Part shown: in pieces, positions 40,075-53,800 of the stretch
Layout of the letters: the number at the start of each line of letters is the position of its first letter
Position numbering within the stretch: the stretch's first letter is position 1
Source of the DNA: Fimicolochytrium jonesii
Taxonomy: Eukaryota
Assembly (NCBI RefSeq): GCF_025526975.1
Contig: NW_026515669.1
Coordinates: forward strand, 1,798,001 to 1,862,000
Reading direction: 5' to 3'
DNA length: 64,000 nucleotides
Made by a program: the position numbers and the translations under genes
The notes under the pieces: generated by a model
Told to the model about the DNA's origin: nothing
Databases searched by the model: none
Seen by the model: the letters and a program-made list of their open reading frames with translations, nothing else

Positions 40075-41691
40075 TCACTGTTTCATCTGATCCAGCAGGT
40101 CCCAAACGACCAAAACCTGGGCCAACCCATGCGCGGCGGAAACCACTCCAATCATGTATCCCTCATGCAGGAACACCAGCGGCTTGCCCTGTAAAGTGGG
40201 CCAGACCGAAACCAAACCCACCTGCGTCCAGACCGCACTGGTGGGACCGCCTTCGCCGCTGGGTGCTGCTACAATATCCACTCGATGCAACGCCGCGTTA
40301 CCCGCTGCGCCGCTCGACCCCCATGAAAACACATAAAGCGCATCCCCAACCCGCACCGTCGAATGATGCGGGAGGAAGTGCTCGCAGCTGATTTTCGGCA
40401 TATCGTCACCCACCGAGGGCAGTCTCAAGAAAGTCTGTTTGTCACGTGCATCCAGCATATATACATCGATCAGATCCGCGGGCGAGAGGGTTGTCGGCTG
40501 CGTACCACCAAACGAGGCGAACGCGTTCAGGTGCGGTACGTCAATGAATGTGTGCCGGTCCCGTGCGGGTGGGGCTGAAGGGTGGGTAGTGCAACCGAGC
40601 CACCCCCAGCGGTAGTAAAGGGTTGGTCCATCGGGGATTAGTATGATTTCCAGGCAATTTAAAGTGTCCAGAGAGGATGGCAGAGAGGTATCTGATGGAT
40701 GGCGAAGGAAGGTGCCGGCTATTAGGAACTCTGTGGTGGAGGTTGCGTGGATGGTGATGCCGGAGGATGCGGGTAGGGGGATGGGATGCGGACAGCGTGG
40801 ATCAGGGATGATGGTTTGGAGTGGATGTCCTGGTCGGAAGAGGTATAGTTGGGCCATATCCGGTTCATCAGAGCTTGAGTCCTCCCCTAAGCCGTCCGTT
40901 GCCGTTCCCGTCCCATTGGGGACCATGTCATCTTCATCGCTGTCGTCTTCATCGTTGCCATCCGAGGAATACGCGTGAAGATTGTTGCGCAGATTACAGT
41001 AAAAGAGAGCGGCAGCGTCAGATTGCGGTGGTCCAATGAACAAGGTTCCCTCGACTCTCTCCAGGCCAGCACCCAGAGTAACCGCCTCCCATTCCACTTT
41101 GTTGTCGGTATGGACGAGGTCGACGGCGGCCCCATCCCAATAAAGCAATCCGGACCCAGGGGCGGACCGTTCCCGTTTCCGCAGGAATCCATCAAGATCC
41201 AATCGAGACAGTTCCCTCGAATAGCTGAATCCGTCCGGTTCCGCCACAACCGCCATACGATACAAGTGCCTCCCCACTACAAAGTGTGTCTGATTTTGGG
41301 GAGCCGAGCGCTGAAAGAACCGCGGGAACTCGTCTCGAACTAGAAACAAGCCTGGACGGCGGAGTAAACGACGGGAAGCCAGCGCTATGTATGCAGAGCG
41401 ACATATGTCCGGATAGCGCCCATGGAGAACCCGGGAGGAACGGCTTAGCTGCGCGGAAAAGTCCCGGTCGAGCAAGCGTTTCCAGAGCATCGGAGTGGAC
41501 TCCAACGCGAGCAGGCTGCGGGAGGACGCACGGAGATGCAGCCATGAGCGCACGGGGAGGAAAAGCGCGAGGCGCTCGGCGATGGTGTGGATGTTCAAGA
41601 GAAAGAGGAGGGTGGGCTTCTGTACAGTCATTGGATGGATCGTGCCTGACTGAGGAACGTCGGAGCCCAGGTCGGAGCCTGCGGATGTCAT
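40075..41691 (-). CDS. F-box-like protein with probable Kelch-type beta-propeller, intronless
   Basis: F-box-like IAERLALFLPVRSWLHLRASSR..LWKRL; Kelch-like PPARDRHT..FGG and HHSTVRVGDALYVF. Start is uncertain. Confidence 0.6.
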   Translation of the reverse strand: MTSAGSDLGSDVPQSGTIHPMTVQKPTLLFLLNIHTIAERLALFLPVRSWLHLRASSRSLLALESTPMLWKRLLDRDFSAQLSRSSRVLHGRYPDICRSAYIALASRRLLRRPGLFLVRDEFPRFFQRSAPQNQTHFVVGRHLYRMAVVAEPDGFSYSRELSRLDLDGFLRKRERSAPGSGLLYWDGAAVDLVHTDNKVEWEAVTLGAGLERVEGTLFIGPPQSDAAALFYCNLRNNLHAYSSDGNDEDDSDEDDMVPNGTGTATDGLGEDSSSDEPDMAQLYLFRPGHPLQTIIPDPRCPHPIPLPASSGITIHATSTTEFLIAGTFLRHPSDTSLPSSLDTLNCLEIILIPDGPTLYYRWGWLGCTTHPSAPPARDRHTFIDVPHLNAFASFGGTQPTTLSPADLIDVYMLDARDKQTFLRLPSVGDDMPKISCEHFLPHHSTVRVGDALYVFSWGSSGAAGNAALHRVDIVAAPSGEGGPTSAVWTQVGLVSVWPTLQGKPLVFLHEGYMIGVVSAAHGLAQVLVVWDLLDQMKQ

Positions 41692-43736
41692 TGCGAGGAT
41701 TACACGTGGCAGAATCAAAGAATTGGCCGATGCCCAGTCGGAAGTTCGGAAGCAGTTGCCCTCCGTTCGTAGAATGTCCCCAAGAGCGGCTTCCAGAATC
41801 CGCACCAGCATACTGTATATATAGTTCGAGTATGCGTGCAGACCTAAACCAACAAGTTGCCCAAATCCTTTCCGTATGAAGAGGGGCGGGTTCTCTGAAT
41901 ACGCGATCTTCCCAGTCTTGCACCCCATGCTGCGACTCCCTCCGAACACGTTCAGCGCACAAATGTTCAGGCCAACAGACCGCATTCCCTCCCCCCACAC
42001 CCTCCCCGGTGGCCGCCGCGAAACCAAAGCCCTCTTCTTTTCTGTCAGGGCAGGGGGGGTCGTGCTCGCCGGACTTGTACTCGTAAGTCGATCTCCTTAC
42101 GTTCACACTTACTTCTCCTCAGTCCCACCAACGTCTTACATAAAACAGGTCGTCTGCATGAGTCAATTTGGACCTCGTCGGTCCTTGAAGTCTTGGCCAA
42201 TTGTCAAGCGCGGCCTGAAGTGGTTGGAGGAGAGACGCAAGTAGGCCAAAACCATCCAAAATTCGGACACATGACTTGGAACACTGCAAGCGGCAACCGT
42301 ATCGTAAAGGTCGTTGTTGAACTCTAGTTCTTCAGCAGGACTACCTAGAAGCGCTGACTTCCAAACTTTCCTGTCTCTGCATCCTATTTGCACCGCAACG
42401 CATAAGCCCGTTTGTTCTGCGAAGCGGTTGCAGGAATGATGATCGACGCAGGCTATCCTTCTCATTAAAAACCGCCTGACAAAACGAGACTCAATGAGGG
42501 GACCCACTTGCATTCTTCCCTTTCGAGCGCCTCACACTAGCCCAGCAATGTACGGTTCTTGATCAGGTCACACAAGGGCCCCAATGGAGCCGACGGACCA
42601 TATTCCCGAGCTCAAAGCCCCCAACAAGTCGGCCACCTTCTATGTTTTCGCTGGATCGCGGACAAAATGGAAGACGTGTTTAAAGAGGTGCGGGGTCCAA
42701 CGGTGCTAGACGTTCTGAACGAGGATTACGATACGGAGGAAGATGAGGACTTTGTGGCCGACTTCTGGCCTTATTTGATGAACGCAAGTGGACCGAGGCT
42801 ATCGAGAACATGGTGGCCTATAGCATCCTGTGGGACAGGGATTGGGAATTGGAGGACATACAGTGGGTGCGTCGGTGCCGGACATCAGGAGAGGTTATTT
42901 CGAACCTTACACGCGGAGAGGAGACGGAAAGACTAGGGAAAGATTGTGGCATTGCTGTAATGATCATCTTCCGATGCTGGAGCTAATTAGACCGCAGGCG
43001 GTTTCGGCTGCTGACACGCCAACGGAGACGGATGGAGCCCTGACGAACTCGGCATCAGATCATTGCTTCCGGTGCCACCACACCTACAGATGTTGGCACA
43101 ACCGTGGGCAACGCAACTAACATCAGCACCTCAACTGACCTCGGCAGTAGTCCTCCGCACCAGGAATGCCAACCGCCACGGCGGAGACTGGAGCAAATGC
43201 AGGCCTCGCCGAAACCGATGGAATACAACCCACTCAGCGCATCGTCTGAGTAGCGTACGCACACCGCATCCCCTCCTGAACAAACTTCCTCGACTCCCGC
43301 TAACCGCAAAGAAGTGATCATGATGAACTGGATTAAATGGACATAGGAAGGAAGTATAGAGGAATGTACTATACATGTATAGATACCCCCCGTAAGATGC
43401 TCGGTGTTTCCTCTGATATAATCCATCCAAGGTTACCTTCTCAAGATGAACGAACCTCTTTGTTGTGAATGTCAATAATCGTCGACGACCTTTGCCATGC
43501 AGCGCGGTTCTGTCTTTTTCGCGTGCGTGACGTACAGTACTACAGTAGTACGCTTCAACTCATGGATGCCACGCGCTTGAACGCCCTCCGGTTTGTCCCG
43601 GTTTCTTTACGCCTTTTCCCACGGGCACATTCGCATAAAAACAACCCAGCAGCTGCCCACCACCCCCGGAAGTCAGCATCATCGTTCATCACCCCTTTCT
43701 CATCCACATTTGACCTCCCACCCCACGCCCCCCACA

Positions 43737-45182
43737 ATGTCCCACGAAAACCCCGCAACAGATCGCGAAGACCTGCGCACGGACTTTGTCACCCTCACCA
43801 ACGACATTCTCACCGGCCAGCTCAAACATGGCCGTGCCACCGGCGACCTGACCATTCTGTTGACCGCTATCTCGAGCGCGTGCAAGTGGATCTCGAACGT
43901 TGTCAGGAAGGCGGAGTTGATGAAAGTGTATGTATTAGGACGGGGTTTTAGGAGGCGCGATTTCGGGCCGATGTCGTGAGAAGCGGGCCGAGCGACTAAC
44001 GCAATTCACCACCCCCAGCATCGGCGTAACAGGCGGCACGAACGTACAAAACGAGAACGTGCAAAAGCTGGACATTCTCAGCAACCAGATCATGTGCAAC
44101 CTCCTGCGCGAGTCTGGCCGCACGGCGATCTTGGTGTCGGAGGAGGACGATGAGGCGATCTTTGTGGATGGCGGGAAGCAGGGGCAGTACTGCGTGTGCT
44201 TTGACCCGCTGGATGGGTCGAGCAATATTGACTGTGGGGTGTCGATTGGGACTATTTTTGGGATCTATAAAGTGGTAGGTTGTGATAAAGAGGATGTGGG
44301 CCGGTTGGGGCGATGTGGCTTTGGAGAAACTGTGCACGGGGAACTGATTTGACATGTTGCTGGTGATTGCAGAAGAATGAATCGGGAAAGCCCACGTTGG
44401 CCGATGTCCTCCGTCCCGGAACGGAGATGGTTGCTGCTGGTATGTTATCTTGTGCTATGTTTATCCGATCCGGGCCGGTGAACCACGAAATTGAACGAGA
44501 CATCGTACATTTTTTTCAGGATACTGCATGTACGGCAGTTCGACGGTCCTAGTCCTCACATTCACCGGCTCCAACCAGGTCAACGGGTACACCCTCGACC
44601 CTCACATCGGTGAATTCGTGTTGACCCACCGCAACGTAAGTCCCTCCATCGCGTTGAGCCTTGAGATCGATCTCCTCTGATATGATCGCATTTGCCGAAT
44701 GCAGATGAAACTCGGCAAAAAGAAGATCTACTCCGTCAACGAAGGCAACGCGCACACCTTCGACCCAGCCATCAAAGGCTACATCGACTCGCTCAAGTTC
44801 CCGCCCGCAGGCCACACAGGCAAATTCACCCCGTACTCGGCTCGTTATGTCGGGAGTATGGTTGCCGACGTAAGTACCCCCATCTACTCCCTCCGCACAC
44901 CGCAATCGCTAACCCCTCTTTATCCCCCACCAGGTACACCGAACAATCCTCTACGGCGGCGTCTTCCTCTACCCCGGCGCCAAACTGCGCATTCTCTACG
45001 AATGCTTCCCCATGGCCCTCCTCATCGAAGCGGCAGGCGGGAAAGCGTCCACGGGCCGACAACGCATGCTGGACATTGTGCCGGACAAGCTGCATGCGCG
45101 GTCGGGGATCGTGCTGGGGACCGCGGAGGAGGTTGAGGCTGTTGAGGGGTGGTATAGGAAGGTGGATGCGGGGAAGAAGTAA
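43737..45182 (+). CDS. FBP1: Fructose-1,6-bisphosphatase, multi-exon
   Basis: [54 protein letters not shown] and [12 protein letters not shown]. Confidence 0.97.
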
Positions 45183-45499
45183 AGGGGTTTTGTTGCGTAG
45201 TTTGGCTTTCAATCCAGGAGCGTATGTTACATACTTGGGGCTTTGAGTTTGGTGGAAATAGGCTGGGTTTTTTGACCGCTGCGTAAAGCGGGGTGGACAT
45301 CTATTCGGTCGAATGAATCGAGGTTTCGAACCATCTACGTGGGTTACCAGGCCGGAACGATCGCATGCAGTGCAATTCTACTACTATTCCACTCTCTAAG
45401 TACGCCCTCCCGTCAGCCTTCCTTCTAACCCCCCTTAAGCCGCCGAACTCGATCAATAAAAACCACCAAAAATGGCCCTAACTACACCTACTCCCGCAC

Positions 45500-46643
45500 C
45501 TACTCCAAATTCGTATTCAAATACTCCACAAACCCATCTACAACCTTCCTCACATCCAACTGCGTATGCATCCGGTTCAAAGTCGTATACTGTCTCCGCA
45601 GCCGTCTCAGTTCCGCCAGGGGTACGATACGCGGCGGGAGGCGGAGTCGCGGTTGCTGAGCTGTACTGCTGCCGTTTCCTTCTCCCGCCGCCGCAGAGCT
45701 ACCGGGGACGACCAACCCCCTCCCCGAATTCTCCGAACCCGACGTCGGATCATTCTGCACCTTCCAAACAAACTCCACCACCTCCCCCGTCTTGCGATCC
45801 ATCTCATGCAGATAATTGGTCTCCGTCAGTGGTTTGACGACCGTGGAGAGGTTAGGTGGCGGCGGCGTGCGGAGGAGGGCGGCGAGGATATGGGGGAGAG
45901 GGGAGGGGTCGGTGGGGAGGAGGGTGAAGAGGGGGGCGTCCCAGCGGTTACGTGATTCGGGCTCCTCGAAGCGAGAGGTTAGGTTTGCTATCAAGATCGG
46001 TGTGAGTTGCGTGTTCGGCGATGGTGTCGCCCCCTCTACGGGTGGTGACTGTGTTGATGCAACATCGTCTGGCTCTATCTCCCCCTCAACATCCACCCCC
46101 CTAACCCCCTCCCCACCCACATAAGGCCGATACCCCCCACTCTCGAACGGCCGCGCGCAAAACACCGTACACGTCGGCGTCCCCAACGCCCGTGCGACAC
46201 AGAACAGCTGGTACCGGAATCCCTTGATGTAGTTGAGCGAGTCGCAGATGACGATCGTGTCGCGTGAGAGGTGCCGTTCGATGGCGGAGAGGAGGGCGCC
46301 GCGCGCTTTTTTTTCTTCATGCGGTGCTGGCCGAGAAACGAGATAAACAACCCGTTCGTACATGGTGGAAGAAGCCGGAGGGTAAGACATGTCACTTACA
46401 GGAATACGCAACACCCTTATCTATCCCCAACGACTCCTCATTAACCACAACAACAGTGCGGTTCATGACCGGCGGTGCTCGGCCCGTTTTCTTCCTTCCG
46501 TCCCCTGCTGATGCGTTTGGTTCGTTTGGGTCATGGGTGCTGGTGGTTTCGGCGGCCAGGTGGATTTCGATTTCTTCCTTTAGCAGGAGGGCGCGGGTGG
46601 TTTTGCCGGATTGCGGGACGCCGCAGATTGTTATTAGCGGCAT
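45500..46643 (-). CDS. KTI12: Elongator-associated Kti12, 2 exons
   Basis: MPLITICGVPQSGKTTRA, DSLNYIKGFRYQLFC, RFEEPESRNRWDAPLF and ELRRLRRQY. Confidence 0.93.
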
Positions 46644-48306
46644 GATGGGGTGCGAGGGGTGGAGGGGTGTTTTGATTTCCGAAGGAAATGGGTGTTGCGG
46701 AATGTAGAGGAAACTCGAAGTTTGAGAAGCACGGCGCATGGAAGGAACGCGTATTTTCCTTCCTTTAGTCGACATCAAGCATATTCAAGCGGAGTCACAC
46801 CCCGCAAAGGGAATCAAATAGATGCCTGTGCAGGAGCAACAGCTTCCGGGCCACCATCTCAGACTAACCAGAAAGGTGTATAGTAGGCGGTGTTGCTATC
46901 CATCTACATGTCTGCGTGTCCCATCAAAGAACGAGTGTGGCGAAGAAGCCCCATAATAGGAAAGTAATTAAGAAACCAGATCCGGAATGCATCAAAAGCA
47001 CAAGACTGTCGCCGATGGAGTTAAAGAGCATAGCGAATGCAACAACGAGTGACGCCAGAGCGATGAAAGACGGCGATACCTCTGCTTCAGTACCTGGTGA
47101 TTTTCCATGACGGCAGGGTGGTCGGGTATCCAAACGGCGCGGGGATGAGATTTCGCAAAGGCATGTCATCTTCGTCCGGCTTCCTGAAGACAAGCAGGAA
47201 GCGTCCCGCGGCGAAGTAGCGCAGGCACTCGGTTGGGGGGAGGTAGCTCTGATGGCATGACATTAGGTGTTCATCCTACGTCTTTGTCCTAAGCAAAGTA
47301 GACCCGATATGGACGCACGGCATTGCACGCGGAATCTCCATCCAGTCTGATAAAGATTTCTCCCGCACCAGGGAGGTTTGTGCGCGGAAACATGTTCCGG
47401 CCGCCCTCTTCTCCGCCTCGACGCCGACGTTTGAAAACGGAGACACCTGCGACGAAAGACAGGGTTCCACATATTCAAATGTTATGCGAGATTTCTCTGT
47501 GATCAAGAGGTTCTCCTGGAGGTATTTTTTTAACCCCCTTCCGAAATCATCAGTTTCGAATAAAGATCGGATTTGCGGCCGATCTTCCAAGACGACGTCA
47601 AAGGTTTTCTGCGCCGGCATCTGTAGAACGGTGGCCCAGGCCAGTCCAGTCCAGTCTCTCGTTGCTTGTGGGAAATGCGGACCCAGACGCGACCGACCTC
47701 TACAAGAAGCGCGGAGGCAGAGAAACGTGGCTCCGCGCACCACTTCGTCACAGGCTGGCAAGGGCATAGCTGTAGACGAGGAGAGAGATGTCTGCGGGTG
47801 CAGATGTTGACGGAGTTGTGATTTGGGCTCAGACCCCTTCCGACTGGTAGCTCCCAGCTCCCCATGATGTTTCTCGAGACGAAGAGGCGGGTGGTTTGAC
47901 AGGCAGGCAACAAGGGACGGGGGACAACACCAGGTGTTCCATTCCCACGCAGAACCTCCACTCAGACCTCCACCTGCCGTGGCGGAGGAAAGGAAACGTG
48001 GCGATTGGGACCAGCCTGTCACAAAGCGAGTGTTGCGCAGCCTTTGTTACTGGTATCTAGTTAGTAGGAGTAGTAGCATTAGTAGGAGTAGCAGGAGAGA
48101 GAGCGGCGGCCTCCGCCTGAAATTGCTCTGAGCATTTTGGGCTTTTTGCTGCGGCCGCCGCGCTCCCTTTCCTTTCCTTTCCGCGAAAGGGCACCGGGCA
48201 GCATTGCAACCATCACAAGTGATCAGCAGTAGTGACATCCTCTTCCCCCCCCAGGCCTTCAACCCACACTCCCCCGCTCATCCACTCGCCAGCCAACGCA
48301 GCAACA

Positions 48307-50003
48307 ATGGCCTTCCACGACGGCCTCCACCCCTCCATCCTCATATCCCTCTGGTTCTTCTTCTCAACAACCCTCATATTCTCAAACAGATACATCCTCG
48401 TCGAACTCAACTTCCCCTTTCCTCTCCTCCTCACCACCTGGCATCTCTCTCTTGCCACTATCGCCACGAGGGTCTTGAGAAAGTACACGAATTTGTTGCC
48501 GGGAATCGACGAGATTGATAAGAAGCTCACTTGGGATAAATGGGCGAGGACTGTGCTGCCCATTGGCCTGCTGTTTAGTGGCAGTCTCGCTTGTGGGAAC
48601 TATGCTTGTGAGTACCGCGAGCGGAGCGCCAAACGAAGTGAGGCATTGGGTTGCTCTGGGAGCTCGGGCGGGAGCGAATGCCTTCCGCGAGCGCCTTGCG
48701 CCAAAGCCGCAATACCCCTAACCGCGGCTCTTAGCGAGCCTCAGCGAGCGTCAGATCATTTGCGAGCGAAGCGAGCACCACATTGCGTCAAGGGCACAAT
48801 ACTCCGTTCACCCAGCCAACCCAACCTCTTTGTCGCGAACGGAGCGAGCAGGGTGTCGTTCAACCAACCATCAACCATCCGTCGCTTCGCTTCGTTCATC
48901 GTCCACTTTCTCACACTCACACACATCCCTTCACCTCCCTTCACCTCCATTACACAGACGTCTACCTATCCGTCTCGTTCATCCAAATGCTGAAATCAGC
49001 CACTCCCGTGGCCGTACTGATGGTATCCTGGTTCTTTGGGACCGAGAAATTCGATCCAAAGATCTTTGTCAACGTCCTGTTCATCACATTCGGTATCGCT
49101 ATTGCTTCGGTAAGATCACAAGGCGCATCTCTCACTTGATCCTCGTCCCTCACTCACATTAACACCGACCCCATCACAGTTCGGAGAGATCACATTCGTA
49201 ATGACCGGCTTCATCCTCCAATCCATGGCCCTCCTTTTCGAATCGACGCGGCTGGTGCTCATCCAGAAACTGCTGAGCGGGCGGGATATCAAGATGGAGG
49301 CGCTGGTTGGACTGTACTACTTTGCCCCCGTCTGTGCGGGAATCAACATGTTCACGACGTACTTGCTGGAGTCGGATCGGATTACGATGGCCGCGGCGCA
49401 GAATGTTGGGTTGTCGGTTATTCTGTTCAATGGAGCTAGTGAGTTGATTCAAAGAACCAAATTCGTGGCTTCTCCCCAGAATCTTGTCTCCCTGACACCT
49501 TCCAACCCATCATTCAACCTCCTCGTCCAGCCTCATTCCTCCTAAACGTCTCGGCAGTCCTCGTCATCAAAAAGACATCCACCCTCGTCCTCGCCCTCTG
49601 CGGCCTCCTAAAAGATATCGGCATTGTCGTCCTCGCCACCCTCGTCTACAGCACCCCCATCGGCACCCTGCAGGGGTTCGGCTACTCGCTAGCCCTGCTC
49701 GGGCTGATCAGGTACAAGACCCGGACAGAGGCGTTTTGGAATCATCCGGTTAAGAGCACGTTGTTGGGGGTAAAGAGGGTTCTGGGGTGAGTTTCACGTT
49801 CCGCTGTTTCGCTATGGGTCCCTTTTTCTCTACTGACTTTTCTTCACGATTGACGCTCTCGTAGGTTATTGAGTAACAAAGGTGGCGAATTCTCTTCATC
49901 ACAAAAGGGCGGGTACAAACCAGCCAACGTCATGGCTTCCCGTGACGACGATAAGGAGTACGCGCTGCCGACAATGGCGTCGCATTCGCCGGTTCGGCCG
50001 TAG
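48307..50003 (+). CDS. TPT/SLC35-family nucleotide-sugar transporter, multi-exon
   Basis: FPFPLLLTTWH, LPIGLLFSGSLACGNYA, YLSVSFIQMLKSATPVAV, LYYFAPVCA and LCGLLKD. Confidence 0.9.
48640..48865 (+). repeat. Intronic dispersed element, copy 3 (transporter intron 1, 48608-48957)
   Basis: Hairpin TTGCGCC-AAA-GCCGCAA at 48696-48712, GCGAGCGAAGCGAGC at 48762-48776, and a second hairpin variant ttgcgtcaagggcacaa. Confidence 0.8.
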
Positions 50004-50804
50004 ATTGTAAATCCTGGGCTGAGGGAGAGTGGAAGGAGAATGAGAAACATGGGAATGGACATCGAAGACATAGAGGCCGGGGAAGGGGAAGGGGGAGGGT
50101 TGCAGAGACGCTGTTTCTGCGAGAGGGTATCAGGACGGGAGAATACCTCCCTGGGGGCCCCATGTTCCGATCCTGATCCACGACGGCGGCATCACGACAT
50201 CTCGGGCCCCCCTCTCATAGTAGATCGCCCAGGAGACGGGCCAAACCAACGACAAGCCATTGCGCGAGACCGAGGAGCGGGAAGAGGGGCAGGGACATTT
50301 TTGTACATTATTATAGACGGACGGCTTTCTTTTCATCGAAGAGGAGTGGGAGCAGATTTAAAAACATTCTGGATATGGCTCTTGGAGCTGGCGGACGGAC
50401 AGTGGGTGGCATGCACCTAGCTTGCGGTGTCCCTCGCTTCCCAACAGGAGTGGTATTTAATTTTCAAGTGATCCTATCAACACGCTTTGGTACCGGTTCT
50501 GTAACAGTGCGCCCTCATTCCTCGAATCCCTCGCTTTTGCTTTTCGTGTCGTTGGACCCCTTTGGCCCATCGAAGATGTTGCCTTCTACATGTGAATGGA
50601 AGAGGTCTCCCAACCCGCTTGAAGCTCATGAAACGAACACAGATTGCATGGAAACGAATAGTATTAAAAGTGCATACAGCCCAATATATGTCCAAACGAC
50701 AAGTGAAATGGATAATCAAGAAGAAGAGAAGCGAAGTCCCAAGAAATGCAGAATTAGGGGGGGTGGGGGAATGAAAAATGATGTGGAGTGGGTGGGTTCC
50801 ATCT

Positions 50805-53800
50805 CTAACGACCGGTCTTATAAGTCCTAACCAAGAAGTTCAACACCACCAAATTGAACATCCAGAACCCCACCAAGATGCCGAGATTCCTCCACCGGTG
50901 GTCAAAGCTCCACGACAGCTGATCCGTGAAATCGTCCCCGTACTTGATCGCGCAGAACCCGCACGCATCCGTCGCCGCCTCACTGACCAGCTGCCCCGGC
51001 CCGCCGTTCGCGAACCACGGCGCAAAGTACTGCCCACACGTCTGCCCCGCGGGCGGGATGATGGTCGCGACGTCGCCGCCCGCGCAGATCGTCCGCACCC
51101 CGCCGAGCTCGTTGCCGATGATGCCCTCCACGAAGTAGTGGAACGGGTCGATCCAGTACAGCCAGCTGCGCCAGAAGACGGGCATGGCGAGGTAGGTGAT
51201 CGTGACACCGCAGAAGAGCATCTGCATCGACATGAAGATCGGGTTGAGGATCGCGGCGAACTGCACCGTGGGCGACACGGAGGCGATCATCTGCCCGAGG
51301 GAGATGGCGAAGAAGTGGAAGATGACAAAGATAAGCCAGAAGAAGCCTGCGCGGTCGGAGCCACTGTTGAGCTGGTGAGGGGAAAGAGTGGGAGGGGATG
51401 ATGAGTTTTCATGGAAAGGAAGGGAAGCAGACTCGCAAGGAAGAGCGGATTTACATACCCCAACGATGTAGTAGAAGATGACGAAGAAACAGGTAGCGGC
51501 GACCAAAGCGAACGGCCACTCGGCGGTCGCGATCGACAGCGAGAAGGCCTTCCAGTCATAGAACCCAGCGGCCGACTCCCGCGTGAACCAGCTCCTGTTC
51601 TTGATGTAGTTGGGCTGGACCAAGTTGATCAACAGCGCGCCGATGGTCATCGCCATGAAGATCGCAAACACCTTGTTCTGCAGATCGGTCGCGGTGTTTT
51701 CAAGCTGGTAGTACGAGAACCCAATGAGCAGGGCACACAGAATCTGCGAGATGATCCGACCAAAGTTGTAGGACGGGTTGCGCCAGTACGACAGCAGCAT
51801 GCGTTTCCACACAAGGCTCAGCTGCGTGCCGAAAGGGACGTTGAACTGCCGGGTACCCGACGCCGCCTTCTTTTGCGCGACAGAGACGTCCTGCGCGGCC
51901 GAGTCGCCGACCCCGCGGATCGCGTCGATCTCTTCCTGCCGACGGGTGAATTCCGGGCTCTGCTTCCACAACGCCGGCCAGTCCTTGAGCCCTTCGCGCA
52001 CGGCGGTGCCCGCGCCAATGACGTCCAGCATATATTCGGCGACGTTGGCGGTGGGCGGGCACGGGGGCGCGCCGTGGCCTTCGAAGTAGTGGCGGAGCGT
52101 TTCGCAGTCGGGGCCGAGCTCGCCGAAGTAGACGGTGCGGCCGCCGCGGGCGAGGAGGAGGAGGGCGTCGAATTTCTCGAAGAGGACCGCGGAGGGCTGG
52201 TGGATGGTGCAGAGGATGGCTTGCCCGTTGTCGGCGAGGTTGCGAAGAAGGCGCATGATGTTGAAGGCGGCTTGCGAGTCGAGACCCGATGTGGGCTCGT
52301 CGAGGAGCAATACCCGGGGGCGGGAGCAGAGCTCGACGCCGATGGTGAGACGCTTGCGTTGCTAGATAGATTCGTAGAGAACACAGACTTAGTATACGAT
52401 CAATAAACCAATTATCAACGATGAAGTGTGTGCATACCTCTTGACTGATTCCAACGCTTCCACCAACTTCGCCAATCAACGCATCAGCGAGCGGCTCAAG
52501 TTCCAAAATCTGCATAATGTTCTCCACATACGCGTCCTTCTCATGCATCGGGATCTCAGCCGGCTGTCTTAAGCGCGCCGAGAACTGCAACGCCTCACGG
52601 ACGGTACACCAACCATTATGCACGTCCATCTGCTCGCAATACGCAGTAATGTTCTTGAAATCGGGGCCTTGCGGGTTCTTGCCGACGTAAATCTGGCCAG
52701 AGAGTTTGCCCATCGTCTTACGCTGCGACACCGAGTCGATCAGCGTGGTCTTGCCGGCACCGGACGAGCCCATCAGCGCCGTGAGTTGTCCCGACCGCAC
52801 GTAACCGGAGACGTCGGCGAGGAGCTGCTTGGGTCCGCCCTTGACCTGCACGGTGTAGTCGATATGCTTCCAACTGAAATCCTCGGCTTTGCTGAGCGTG
52901 ATCCCGCCCATTCCGGGGTGGTTCTGCGCATCGTGGTTGTTGGTCGTCGTCACGCCGCTGGTCACGGAACCCGGTGACCCGCCGTCCTCTACATCCACTT
53001 TCCGTTGGCTCATCTCCTGGTGTCCCGGATCGTTCTCGGCGCGGCGTGTGCGCCGGTCGCCACCGCGGCACTCGAGGGATTTGTGCTTCTTCCACGCGTT
53101 GATGGAGTACCGCTGCGGGCTGAAATCGATGAATTTGGCAGCGAACATCATCCCCATACAGATGACGAGCCAGAATCCCATCAGGATCGCAATGTTCCAC
53201 CACTTGTTGTACGACGCGATGCCGTAGGTGGCGCGCAGGTAGTCGAACCCGTCGACGTGGTCTTGGCCGGGCTGCCCGCCTTTCACGCCGACACAGGCCT
53301 TGTTGGCCGCGGGGGCGTTGGGGTACATGGGCATGAACTGGGAGGAGCAGTCGATCTGGAACCCCTCGAACTCGTTCTCGAGCAGCGACTTGATTCCGTA
53401 GCTGAGCGGGTTGAGCCAGAAGACCCACTTGAGCCACGGTTTCATCGAGATGTACGGGATGGTGTAGCCGGTGTAGAGGATGAACAGCAGCAGGAACACC
53501 GAGTTGACTTGGTTGGCGACCTCGATGTCCGGCGCAGAGAGAGAGATGATGCGGACCAACCCGCCGAACGCCTGGTTGGTGGCGAACAGGAAGATGATGT
53601 AGGTGAAGAAGGCGCCGGCGGTGGGTTTGAGCCCGACCATCCAGTAGTTGATGCAGGACCAGACGATACACATCCCGAGCGACACGGGCATGTCGGCGAC
53701 CTGCATGACGAAGGGGGCGATGTAGGTGCGGTAGAGCATGTAACTCTTGTGTTTGGACGCGACAGCACGGCCCTGGATGACCAGCGGCACGGACGCAAGG

